From Piedraia hortae CBS 480.64 (taxonomy: Eukaryota): a DNA stretch of 64,000 nucleotides. A model generated the notes under the pieces. It did not search any database. It was not told the DNA's origin and was given only the letters and a program-made list of their open reading frames with translations. Of this stretch, positions 47,540 through 58,881 are shown in pieces. The translations under genes and the position numbers were made by a program. Numbering within the stretch: position 1 is the stretch's first letter; each line of letters opens with the position of its first letter. The stretch lies in assembly GCA_010093745.1 (NCBI GenBank), contig MU005986.1, positions 62,001 through 126,000 of the forward strand, given 5' to 3'.

Positions 47540-48603
47540 TTAAATCAGCCAAGACCTATGAGCTCATAGGATTTACCCCAACCACGGTTCACACCCTGTC
47601 CCTTCGGTGAATGGACCCTGATGAAGAAAATGAACTGTTTGCGGACTTCTTCCGCTTTAGCCAGGACTATGTATACGTGTCGGAGGTGTAAACCTCCGAG
47701 GACTAAAGCGGAACGTATGTCAACGACAAATGTGTGCACTCAACTTTGACCAAAAGGTGAATGTAGATGTCTATCTCTATGTGAGGTGAGGTTCGAAACC
47801 TCCTCCACACTACCTCAGTCGAACCGCATTTGCTAGGACAACGTCAGCGAACCATGCCTTAAGCATGAACGAGACAATGACCTGCCTCAGGGAAAACTTC
47901 CTCTATAGAGGTAAAAACCCCGAGAAGCTTCGACTTCTATCTAAGGTTCTGGTCATGGTGTGTGCCACATCCTTCTGACAATACGCCCACATTGGTCATC
48001 TGCCTGAGGGCCAGAAGTCGATGGGGCAGTGGTCCTGAAAGACGTCGGCATTCGTGATAATTTAGTCAACGATATTTTGGATCCAGAATACAATGACGCT
48101 AGGAAAACTGCGTCGATCCTTTGGTGGGTACGCAAGGCGATGGAGGCTGCGTTTGGCTACCTCACGTCGGGCCAAGATGCCAGTAACCTTCGCACCCAAG
48201 AAGCGAAAACAGGCACACGGTCTTCAGGGCCCCACTATCGAGCGCAAGCAATCGACTATTATGTCCCTGAAACTGCGGGCTCGGCGTGGCTGGTGGGAAC
48301 GGGGGAGGACCCACGCGATGTAGTGCTTTGGCGAGCAGCTTTTTTAAGAGTCGTATTTTGCTCTCAGCGTCGAGAAAATATCCGTTCCCTCATTGATATC
48401 AGCAAGGTTTACTTGATCACTGGGCATGCATGCACGGGATCCCAAGCGAAATTTGCGAAAACGAAAAGTTGGGAAGGAATCAATGAGAACAATTTACTAA
48501 CACTAGGTAATCCACTCCGCGTGATGCTCCATTGGGCATTGACGGATGATATGGCTTGTTTAATTGAAGAACGCCACCATGACAGGATTTCATGCTGCGC
48601 CTA
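47540..48603 (+). pseudogene. Relic of the same uncharacterised family (copy 2)
   Basis: 'KSAKTYELIGFTP...*' and 'VLKDVGIRDNLVNDILDPEYNDARKTASILWWVRKAMEAAFGYL', interrupted by stops and non-homologous sequence. Confidence 0.55.
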
Positions 48604-49462
48604 AAATAATCCAAACCTCGTATTCCAGCGAGAGGACCGCTCGTTACCTCAAGTTGAGCTAAATCCGACGCTCGATAGCTGAAAATCGAGCAAGGCGGAG
48701 GGAGAATGACACCTTTGAAAGCCCAAGATAGGTACAGTATAGGAAGCCAGATAGAGTCTACTACCACGCCAATATCACTATGGAAATTTCTGCACTCTGC
48801 GTACAAGTGAACATTACTCAAATCCACGTAGACCCTCGGTATCCCATTTCCATACATGTCCTTCCTTTCACCCACTGCATTACTGCCCTGTTTCCTCGCG
48901 GCTTCTTTATTATTGTCCTTGGGGCATTTTCCAATCATCTTACAGTTTTATAGCTTCACGCATTCAAGTGATACTCGGAAAAGTCTAGTCCGCGTGATGC
49001 GTAAAGAATCCAAGTCCTGGATACAGTGTTTCCCGGCTCAGAACAGTATTGTATTCCTTTGGAGTCCATGGAGCTCATCGACCTCAGCAGACATAGGTTC
49101 CGAGACCGTGCAGCTTATACAGCCAACGGTGTACAAGTTTGGCGTCCTCGGGAGGTGGTAGTTCCAGTAGGCCGTTTAGGCGAGCATTTTGGACGAAAGA
49201 TGACTGGAACTTGAAGACCGTTTAGTCATTATGACAGGGACCGGCGCGCTGTTGGGGTTCACTCAGATGGGTGGCCCCGCCCCCGCGCACGTGTCACATA
49301 ATTACGAACAATCGAACAACCAACAGCCTGGGAGGCGACTCTACAGAATTCCAAGACAGCTCGATGTTTCAGTACGTCTGCGTCTTCAACTACACTCAAA
49401 TCATCGTCCTTTCCACCTAGGACGCGGCCAATCAACGTTTCAGCGCGTTCAGTCACGTGGGT

Positions 49463-49560
49463 TCGCGTAACGCGTAAAGCCTAATCGCCAACCCGATCTC
49501 CACTTCTATCAAACCCTAAGCAACGCGTAATAACGCGTGCATGGCATTTGGCTCGCGTTG
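49463..49560. promoter_or_regulatory. MCB box cluster upstream of the Ams2-like gene
   Basis: ACGCGT at 49470, 49523 and 49533, plus TCGCGT variants. Confidence 0.65.
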
Positions 49561-49658
49561 ACGCACATTCCACCTTCACAACGTCCAAATCTCACCTGCT
49601 TCTACAACCATCTTCTAATCATAAGTCGAACCGCGTCAGCGGAGCCTGCAGCGCAGTC

Positions 49659-52169
49659 ATGGACGGCTACAGTGACTACGGCGATCTTCCCACGCGGCTA
49701 ATGCGCGTCAAGGTTCTCTATTCCTTCGATGACAACCAGAACAACTGCCTTGCTCGCTTCCCACAACCACAGCAGATTCCTGCCGTGGTCATAGATGAAA
49801 CTGCGCAGGTTGGCGTCATCGATCTCCAGCAATGCATTCAGGCCGTTCTTGGTGCATCTCCCGAGCTGTACCCGAACGCGAAGACAGGCGACTACACCAT
49901 CTATGCCTATGATTATAGCGAGTATGGCTCTCCGCTTGTCGGCCAGGGCACGTTATCAGCCGCATTGAGTTCCCAAGCAGACCCGACGGCGGAGAAGACA
50001 ATGATTACCGGACGTGTCTGCCGGAACCTGCCACTGCTGTTCAACAACAACACAAAAGAAACGTTAGAAGTCAAGCTCAAGTTGGTTCCGTTGCCTCTGC
50101 AGTCGTCGACCAGTTCTTTTTGGGGAGCCGGTGCTATAAGGTCTAGCAGCCCAGCCACGTCAGCCGGCTTCGACCCAAACGCTTGGAGTGCTTTTACCCA
50201 GATGAGCCGACCCGTTATCGAACACAAGGAGAATTTTGGAGAGACGTCGCTGAGTAAAGAGGATCTTGCCATTATGGACGAAGTTCTTGGGCTCGGTTCC
50301 AACAATGCGTCATGGACGCGTCAGGACGTAGATGGCACGGCCGGGACACCATTTGGGTCTGCGATAGATATGGACGACGCCACGGCTGTCGCAAGCATGC
50401 CTTGCAGTCGATCAGGCAGTCCGATGATTGGCTCGGATGCTTCGTGGCCAGCACTTTCCGCAACGGCGTCTAATCGTCCCCGATCCGGCTCATCTCTTAG
50501 TGAGAGCCGAGTGCCCGTGATGTCTACCGCATTCGAAAATGATGGAGGTCCAAGTCGTAAGCGTGCTAAGATCACCCAGGCACATTGGCGAGGTCGGTCA
50601 TCGTTTGCCGCTCATGGTGAACTTCGTGTGGCCGCTGCTACGGCACATTCTGTCCAAATGCAGCGGCCTGTGGCAACCCGTCCTGTGGCTGGCCGTACAA
50701 GGCTGGAGCCGCCGCCGCGTGCACCGACACCAATCCCTCAGCAAGCCCCGAATTTTCAACGGCGGCAGTCACGTAATGCCAGTTCGGGACTTGTGCAGCA
50801 AAGCTCTTATCTTTCTGTCACCTCTCCTGTCCCCAGCCTTTCGCCGGGGCTTGAACAGCCTGCGGATAGCAACATGAGTTCGCCGGATGTCATTCCCACT
50901 GATATGAGCCATACGGCTGGCAGTACACCTCAGTATCTGCCATCATCGCCCCCTATTCTTGCCGGGACCGGTGTGCTAGAACCCACCAGTCCTGGTCTTC
51001 CAGCACTGATCCCGCCTGATAGCGGCTATCGAAGCGAGTCGCCCCTAAAGAGTGGAGTAGTCACGGACGATCTCTGCACTTATGGCGGAGGTGACGAAAT
51101 GGATCCCAACTCCGCCATATCCTACTTTTGCGATGACGGCTTCACGAGCTGTTTCAACGACGATGATGACCAGACGCAGACCACAATACAGGTGGAAATG
51201 GAGATGCCAGGAGATATGTCTCAGCTTCCGCAGGAAATGCGCTTGGATCTGGGAAACACGGAGCCACAGTTTCCCGCGTCTATTCAAGAACTTGAAAACA
51301 CCAACCTTAACCCGAACCCACCGAGACTGGCTCTTCCAAACCCAAGCCGTTCCTCATCTCATTCAGGTCGACTAGCGGATAGAGAGCAGCAGACCCAATC
51401 CCAGAAGCCTTCTGAACTGGCACGAAAGAAGCGCAGCAGAGCAGATGCAGAGAACTCGGATTGTGGCTCACCTGCACCGAGCGAAGCGGATAGTATCCAG
51501 TGCTCCCGATCATGTGCTACGCGGAGAGCAGACGTGATAGAACAGCGACTGCTCCAGGACATTACGAATGGTCAGATGCCACAGCACTGTTTCCATTGCG
51601 GAGAGATCCGGACTCCGACCTGGCGCAAGCTATATATTAAAATCGTGGAGGGCAAACCGACTTCGTTGGACGAGTTCGAGGTTGAAGGCGAAACGATCGG
51701 GATCAAAGTCCTTGAAAAAGACCCAGTAAGCAACGAAATCACGCGGTTTATGGTATACAAGAGCATGAAGAAGACCAAAAACTGTTCCCCCGGCAAGGGC
51801 TTCATAGACAAAGTCGTCTGCAACCCGTGCGGCCTCTGGTTCAACAAAAACCGCACCATGCGGCCTCCGGAAAAATGGACCCGTCGGCCTTATGCTCGGC
51901 GTAGGAGGCGACAGAACACCGATGGCCCCATGACGGATGACATGGAACCCTCGTCCGAAGCATGCTGGCCAACAGATCAGCTCGTCCTCGAAGACTCCAC
52001 CGCCTCAGATGTTCAAACGACCCTTGCTTCCCGCCAAAGGTCGAATAGCATTCAACTTCCGCCAATGAGCAGCGACCACAACACTAGGCCCGGTAAGGCG
52101 GAAAGCGCTCTCGCTCGGGATGGGGATGGCACAGATGAAAGGAATCAACAAACGTACATCGTTATCTGA
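49659..52169 (+). CDS. ams2: Ams2/Spt21-like GATA-type transcription factor
   Basis: N-terminal 'MRVKVLYSFDD..NNCLARFP', 'DYTIYAYDYSEYGSPLVGQG'; GATA finger with long insert 'CFHCGEIRTPTWRK...VCNPCGLWFNK..TMRP'. Confidence 0.88.
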   Translation: MDGYSDYGDLPTRLMRVKVLYSFDDNQNNCLARFPQPQQIPAVVIDETAQVGVIDLQQCIQAVLGASPELYPNAKTGDYTIYAYDYSEYGSPLVGQGTLSAALSSQADPTAEKTMITGRVCRNLPLLFNNNTKETLEVKLKLVPLPLQSSTSSFWGAGAIRSSSPATSAGFDPNAWSAFTQMSRPVIEHKENFGETSLSKEDLAIMDEVLGLGSNNASWTRQDVDGTAGTPFGSAIDMDDATAVASMPCSRSGSPMIGSDASWPALSATASNRPRSGSSLSESRVPVMSTAFENDGGPSRKRAKITQAHWRGRSSFAAHGELRVAAATAHSVQMQRPVATRPVAGRTRLEPPPRAPTPIPQQAPNFQRRQSRNASSGLVQQSSYLSVTSPVPSLSPGLEQPADSNMSSPDVIPTDMSHTAGSTPQYLPSSPPILAGTGVLEPTSPGLPALIPPDSGYRSESPLKSGVVTDDLCTYGGGDEMDPNSAISYFCDDGFTSCFNDDDDQTQTTIQVEMEMPGDMSQLPQEMRLDLGNTEPQFPASIQELENTNLNPNPPRLALPNPSRSSSHSGRLADREQQTQSQKPSELARKKRSRADAENSDCGSPAPSEADSIQCSRSCATRRADVIEQRLLQDITNGQMPQHCFHCGEIRTPTWRKLYIKIVEGKPTSLDEFEVEGETIGIKVLEKDPVSNEITRFMVYKSMKKTKNCSPGKGFIDKVVCNPCGLWFNKNRTMRPPEKWTRRPYARRRRRQNTDGPMTDDMEPSSEACWPTDQLVLEDSTASDVQTTLASRQRSNSIQLPPMSSDHNTRPGKAESALARDGDGTDERNQQTYIVI

Positions 52170-52448
52170 GCCCTGTTGTCCAGACAGGAATTATGAGTGA
52201 AACCATCTTCAGATAATGTATCATGTCTACTATAAGTCTAGAAATTAAGGATAGGTAATATCCACCCGATTTGCAATCATCTACAATTACTTTGCTCAAA
52301 TGCAACAGCGTTCAACAATTTTATATCGCTTCTCTGAAACGCACGCTATGTAGAATCTGACAATCGTATCAATGCCTTCAAAAACGCCCGCCATTTGACA
52401 AGAGAAAACTTGTGAAACGAAGAATTATTGAACAGTCATGCTGTTGCA

Positions 52449-53881
52449 CTAATAACCGGGGTATCGTGTGTACGGGCCCGCGGATTGCGGTTGCATGGGG
52501 TAGGTTGCTCCGCTTTGCTGCGGACCGGCCCAGCTGGCGGTGGCCGAGTGCATGGGATGCGAAGGCAACTGCTGAGGTGCCCAGCTGCCGGAAGCGTGGT
52601 GCTGAGGGTAATGAAGGGCACCGGGACCGGTAGCTTTTGGGACTTGTTAGTTTTGACTGGATGTGATGATGATAGGAACAGAAAAAACTTACCACCTTGC
52701 GGGGACATCGGGCTGGGTTGGCCGTACTGCGGAAAGAAGGCAGCGGTTGGGGGGGCAAAGGCCGCTGTAGTCGGAACCGGGGCATAACCGTCACGGTCCT
52801 TGCCCCAGCTGCATTTCAGAGGACGGCCGTTGATATTGTAGCCATGCAAATTACAGATTGCCGTCGCTGCGTTCTCGTGAGTGTCCATTTTGATAAAGGC
52901 GAAGCCGCGGTCGGCCTGGAAGCGAGACTCGATGACATAGCCGTAATTCTGAAACAGCGGAACGAGGTCATTTTGTGTCGTGTAGGGAGTTAAGTTGCCG
53001 ACGTAGCATGTTGTTTGCCACTGAGGCGCCTGCTGGAGTACCATCTCGTACGACTGGGTGCGTGGGGGGAGCATATGCGGTCCCTGACCAAAGGGAGAAA
53101 TGGGCCCCATGGCCATCTGCGCTATGGCCTGATGCTGTTGTTGCTGCTGCGTAAACGATGGCTGTCCTTTCTGATTAGCCCAGTTGCAGCGAATGGCCCG
53201 CGAGCCCAGCCATTCCCCATCCATCTCGCTCAACGCCCTCTCCGCATCGGCACGCTCGCGGAAAGAGACAAAGGCGTAGCCGCGAGAACGGCCTGTCTTC
53301 ATGTCCCACATCACCCGCGCCTCGGACACGGTGCCATAGGGCAAGAAGGCTTGCAAAAGAACTTCATCCGAAACTTCGTTGGATAGATCGCCAACGAAAA
53401 TGTGGAAGTGGTTGGATGTATCCTCTTTGGCCTTGTTGGTCGCCTGATAAGCCCAGTTCACCCGAATTTCTTGTTGATGAACCCGGCGACCGTTAAGCGT
53501 CTGCATCGCGCGCTCGGCACACTGAGGATCATCGTACTCCACGAAGCCATAGCTGTACCCTTTGGTCTGGAAGTTTTTGTCCGGAATTATCTTAACGCTC
53601 TGAACGGGGCCGGTTGTCTCGAAAATTTGCTTCAGCACATCCTCCGTCACACGTGGGTCCAGACCCCCGACGTAAAGAACTCTCTTATTGGGCTCAGGCG
53701 CATTACGTCGTGCGCTACTTGTGGGAGACAGAATGGAGCTACTGACCGGGGTGGACAAAGCAGTATTGAGAGGGTAAAGGCCGGTACTTCCCTTCGAAAT
53801 GCTGTGAGAGGGAACGTGGACTTGAGCATGAGAGCCATTATTGGCTGCATCGCCCAGTCTCTGTGCAAGATGATCCGTCAT
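52449..53881 (-). CDS. PUB1: Poly(U)-binding three-RRM protein Pub1/TIA-1; intron 52634-52692
   Basis: Three RRMs: 'LYVGGLDPRVTED', 'FHIFVGDLSNEV...ARVMWDMKTGRSRGYAFV', 'TCYVGNLTPYTTQ'; Q/P-rich tail. Confidence 0.95.
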
Positions 53882-54275
53882 TTTTGCAAGAAATGGAAAA
53901 AGAAAAGTACTTGCACGAATAGAAAGCTGAGCTGCAGGTGGATTAGGAAACTTGATTGCAAATAATCTGACTGCGAACGCACAGTCCGGCAGAAGATAGA
54001 GAGCGGCTGCGACCCAGTAGGTATGAATTTGCGATGGTGCAACTTTGACTGGTACAAGGCTCGCAAATAACTGTTGAAAGAAGTGATGTGGTGGTGTCGG
54101 GTAGGAGTGTGTGGCCCGCAGAGAATTTGGGTTCAGGGTAAGCCGACGGAATGGCACGGGCCGCCTGCCAAATCCTATTGTGGCTTAGCGTAAGCATTTG
54201 GGGACAGCCACGAGGATGTGATTGTTCATGTGACGGACATACTGCACAGATCACTGCCCTCCTCCTTTTGCTATA

Positions 54276-54762
54276 ATGGGCACAAAGACACCCATCGAAC
54301 AGCTTGAGAAAGAGCTCGGTAACATGGTATGGATTTGAAGCTTCGATAACTAATCTCTTGCTAAGCCTACCTGATGAACAGCTTATACAACTAGGCCGAA
54401 TGTTATCGGCAGCCGCACGTGGAGAGAGAACAACAAGTGCAGCTGATGCTACGCGGCTAAAACGAGACCTACCTGGATATTCAGGCCGCTTTCATAGTGC
54501 ATTAGACAGCCTGCAGACCGATGTCTCGAATGCGATGCTTGCAGTGCACAGTGAATTGTCTGAACTTGCACCCACAGAGTTTGAAGCTCATCTAACGGAA
54601 GCCCACGATATACCTGAGATCTCTGATGTGGACATGGATGGAACACAAGGAAACTTTGATGTGATGGGCGATTTTGATGATTTCATGAACTTCGACTTCG
54701 AAGATCTCGGCAACATAGGGGACGATCTGACAGATGGTAACGACCACCAATTTTCGTTTTAG
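54276..54762 (+). CDS. Small protein resembling Mediator tail subunit Med2; intron 54327-54381
   Basis: Spliced 'MGTKTPIEQLEKELGNM|LIQLGRML...FHSALDSLQ' helical region (cf. yeast Med2 FHGILDDLE, from memory) plus an acidic D/F-rich tail. Confidence 0.5.
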
Positions 54763-55918
54763 CTACAGGCCTTTCCTTGCTGCTTTTCATTCCACGCTCT
54801 CAACATCCCCTCCACTTGCTTCCCCCAAATATCTTCGTCTTGGCACAAATCGTCATAGCTTAGGACGTTACGACCGAGTTGAAAGTCGCCTTGTCTCGTG
54901 CGTACTAGGCTGACCATGCAAGCGAGTGAATCAACAGCTTGACCGAGATCGTGGCACAAGCTTCGTACATAAAAGCCAGAGCTAACTGTCATCCGGAGAC
55001 GGACAGCCGGAGCAGGGCAAGGTGTTATGGATGGAGCTTTAGGCAGATTGCCTTCGGATTGAACCGTTTCTAGCTCACCAGTCTCAGCAGAGCCAGTCGC
55101 CTTGTCTTGATTTGGCTCAACAGAAGATGACAACCTACGCCTCTTCTTTTCTGCACTTTCCTCGGCGTCTTCCTCCCGCTCAGCTGGCCACCGCCAAGCA
55201 TGGCTTCCCCCCTCATACCAATCCACAATTTCCAGCTCATGGACTTCCACCGGGCGTGGCTGGATCTCAATGGGCACCTTTAGGCCTTCACGCGCGTATT
55301 CATATAAACGTTTGCCCCGGACATGCAGCGCACTGTATATTGGCGGCTTCTGCATAATCTTGCCACGGTATTGTTTCAATGCATCCTCTACCCGATCCCG
55401 AGTAATTTGCTCATACTGCTTTTGCCCCACTATCCGACCCCAGCAGTCATATGTGTCTGTTGCGGCGCCAAACAACACTACGGTTTCATAACTCTTCGTA
55501 CAGTTCAGAAATGAACCAAGCAGTTTGGTGCCAGACCCAACACCCAGAATCAATACACCAGTAGCCTCTGGGTCCAGAGTGCCACCATGGCCCATCTTGA
55601 CGTGTAATGGCCGATGGCGACGCTTTCTTTGACCTGCACGCGCCACTTCGAGTCTTGCCTTTTCCTGTCGGAGCCAGGGCTGAAAGAGGCGTGACGGATC
55701 AAACTTTTCTTGGAGGTTTCGAATTACTTGAGCTGATGAGGTTGAGGGAGGTTTATCGACCGCTGGAGTCGTCAGCGGAGTAAGCGAGGAAAAGTGAATG
55801 TCGAACCAAATATGCCTTCGACGACCGCCAGGTTGGATACAGGAGTTGGAGATCGCTTCATAGCGGGCACACGAACGACTTTCTTGAGCTGTTGTTTGAT
55901 CGCGCAGTGACAGTTCAT
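54759..55918 (-). CDS. PUS4: tRNA pseudouridine-55 synthase (TruB family); intron 55763-55806; start codon uncertain
   Basis: 'EGIFA|VDKP', 'KMGHGGTLDPEATGVLILGVG', 'PPIYSALHVRGKRLYEYAREG', 'VSSGFYVRSLCHDLG'. Confidence 0.93.
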
Positions 55919-56135
55919 GGCCGCATTTGCGCAAACCACCAGATGACGTCTGGTGATTCGGAGCGGACCGTTACTGCGGCGCGGCCCAGGCCGTATACCC
56001 TTGTCAATGAGTCATTTTCAATGACGCTATGATTGACAGTGCTTGATGACGGCGCAGGGCCCTTTCTAATGCTTGTCTGCTCAGCCTTCTCAGCCTCCTG
56101 CTTAGAAATATATCATAGTTCTTCCTTTCAACACC

Positions 56136-58145
56136 ATGGGAGTGTGTAATACCCTACAGATTCCCTGGACGTGCTAACAATCCAAGCTTGCTTCTAAGCT
56201 AGCTGCAGTCCAAGGCGCCCAGGGTGCTCAAGGTGCCTACAACGGTGGTCCTGCGGGAACATATCGTAAGTGACGCGTAATCGCTTATCCCATGATGTCA
56301 TACTGACGAATCCAGCTGGACAGTCACAATACCGGCCTTATCCAGGTGCTACGGTAAGATTTCCTAACTTTTGCAACACTTGATCCCCAAATCATGCCAC
56401 TCGCTGCCAAAATGGCTCAAGCCCGTAGTGGCACCCAACAATCAACACCCGGTCTGTCAAGCATGCCCTCTAATCCATATTCCGGTCAACAGCCGCAATA
56501 CGGCCAGCCACCACCTGGTATACCACAGTATGGGCATCCGCCTGGTGTTCCACAATACACTCAGCCGCCCGGTGTACCACAGTACGGTCAGCCGCCTGGT
56601 ACGCCACAATATGGTCAATCTCCTGTTACCCAATATGGACAGCCGCAAGGTTTGCCGCAGTACGGGCAGCAATTCTCCAATCAAACTCGGAATTATGGCC
56701 AGCAGCCCTATGGCCAACCGCAGTATGGCCAACAATCTGGACACACCCCTTATCCTTCGCAAACGGGGGCATTTCCACCTTATCCAGGACAACCGGGAGG
56801 CTTCGGCTACGTTCGTCACTTCCACTCAATTATCCTACATCTCACGAATCTTTCTGACTCTTCGTTTCCTTTAGGGCGGCCCTCCTGGACAGTATGGTCG
56901 ACCTGGCCAGCAAGGTTCCGGTCAGTATGGACAGCCTGGACCCGGCGCCCCGCATGACATCCAGGGCTACCAACGTCAACTCGAAGATGCCATTCGCCAG
57001 AAGAATCTCGGCAAGTTTCCCATCAGCCAGCGCGTTCCTCAGATAGCAGCTCGCGCTGTTGAACAGGTTGATCGTGTCTGTCAAGCCTGGCGCATTCCGC
57101 AAGAGCTGGCGGCCGATATTGTCCGACTCGCTTTGTACGATATCATCCTCTTTATCGACGACAGCGGCTCCATGTCCTTTGAGGAGGACGGAGAGCGCAT
57201 CAAAGATCTAGAAGTGATTTTGCAGCGTGTTGCCTTTGCTTCCACGCTATTCGATGATGACGGGATTGAAATTCGTTTCATGAACGATGAGGATGGTCTT
57301 ACGCCTAACATGCTCAGCAATATTCGTAGCGAACAACAGGTGAAGGACATCATTTCTCGCAAACGCTACAAGGGTCTTACACCGTTTGGCACCAAACTGC
57401 GCGAAAAGGTTATTGATCCACTCATCATCTCCAAGCTAAAAGGATCTGGCATGCAGAAGCCGATCCTTGTTATCGGTATTACTGATGGACAGCCAACGGA
57501 TGGTCCAAATGCATTGCCCGAAACTATACGTTATGCAGTCAACGCTGCGGCGAACTCTCCTTTTGGTGAGGGTGCTATAGCTTTTCAATTCGCCCAGGTT
57601 GGAAATGATCAGAAGGCAACGGAGTATCTGGCCCGCCTGGACAATGATCCGGTGGTCGGAAGGTCGGTTGACTGCACGTCGAGTAAGCCGTTCCACTTGA
57701 ACTGTTTGCAAGTATTAACGAGCTAGATTTTGAGAATGAGTCGGCTGAAATGGCCAAGGCCCAGCCTCCGGTGGAATTGACACCCGAGACGTATATGCTG
57801 AAATTAGTTCTGGGCGCCATTGATCCGAGTTACGATACCAAAGACGAAAAGACGCACATGATTGGCTCTCAGTCAGGAGGCCCACCTTCATATGGTCAGC
57901 CGGCTCCAGGAGGATACGGCCAGCCAGCCCCTGGAAGCCATGGGCCACCAGCTCCTGGAGGCTATGGTCAGCCCGCTCCCGGAGGGTATGGACAGCCCTA
58001 TGGCCAAGTCCCTCCCGGCGTTGCGTACCCTGGACAGCAGCCGCCTGGTGGTGGATATCCTCAAAGTGGTGGGTATCCGGGCCAGCATCCGCCCGGCGGT
58101 GGTTATCCTGGTCAGCAAGGTGCTTATCAGCCGCCGCGGTATTAG
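56136..58145 (+). CDS. VWA-domain protein with Gly/Pro/Gln/Tyr-rich termini (RfeF-like), multi-exon
   Basis: MIDAS 'FIDDSGSM', 'ITDGQP', 'FQFAQVGNDQKA', 'LVLGAIDPSYDTKDE'; QYGQPP and YGQPAPGG repeats; several in-frame GT-AG introns. Confidence 0.85.
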
Positions 58146-58212
58146 TCACTTGCAGTTGATCCTAACGTCCTGAATGAGAACTTCTGAACTAACTGTACAC
58201 ATGCCATTAAAT

Positions 58213-58881
58213 CTATTTGCCAACCTGTCCCTGCAGAGTCATGGTAACGAATCCGCCCACCTTCCCCTCCATGGGTTTCATCTCCCCTGCCCCCTCCACC
58301 TCCCCCACCGTTCCCCTAATCTTCTCAAGCAACCTCTTACACTCCTCGGTACTCGCCCTCCTCCCCCCCTTCCTCTTAACCGCAAGCAAAACCTCGACCC
58401 TCCTCCCCTCCTCCAAAAACTCTTTCAACTTCCCAAGTCTATGCGCCAAATCATTCCCATCGATCGCCCAATTCAACTCAATCGTTTTTGCCCTCTCCTT
58501 GCCTTCCTTTTTCTTCTTCTTCTCCTTATCCCTCAAATACAACTCCTTCTTCTTTACAATTTTACAAATCGGAAGTGTAATCTTTTCTCCACTCCCATCC
58601 TCATTCCCGCCCCCGTCTCTGTTCTCTTCCCCTTTAGGAACGGGAACAGGGCCACTTCCTTTTTGGATGAGAATTTCTTCGCTGGTGAGTTGGGAGAGGA
58701 TTGTTGATTTGTGGAAGACGCCGGTGAGTTTGCCGGAGGGGTTGATTAATGCGATGAGACGGGAGGGGATGGATTCGTTTGTGATGGGTGAGGGTTTTGT
58801 TGAGAGGGAGCGCAGGGGGGTGAGGTTGATTGGTGGATGTTTGGGTCGGGAGAGGGTTAGGAAGACCTGGAGGATGGACAT
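58213..58881 (-). CDS. AIM23: Mitochondrial translation initiation factor IF-3
   Basis: Presequence-like N-terminus; 'PICKIV', 'KTIELNWAIDGNDLAHRL.KLKEFLEEGRRVEV'. Confidence 0.8.
   Translation of the reverse strand: MSILQVFLTLSRPKHPPINLTPLRSLSTKPSPITNESIPSRLIALINPSGKLTGVFHKSTILSQLTSEEILIQKGSGPVPVPKGEENRDGGGNEDGSGEKITLPICKIVKKKELYLRDKEKKKKKEGKERAKTIELNWAIDGNDLAHRLGKLKEFLEEGRRVEVLLAVKRKGGRRASTEECKRLLEKIRGTVGEVEGAGEMKPMEGKVGGFVTMTLQGQVGK

Noticed and set aside
52154..54365. Ams2 continuing through a 2.2-kb intron that contains PUB1 antisense (phase-compatible GT at 52154 and AG at 54365)
   Set aside because: The downstream ORF has its own ATG exon and a 55-nt intron giving a coherent protein, the donor is weak, and all other introns here are short.
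176..55918. Functional cluster of tRNA/rRNA genes (NCS2, ENP1, RRP5, RPC53, TRM7, PUS4)
   Set aside because: They are interspersed with unrelated genes; chance or ordinary synteny is sufficient.
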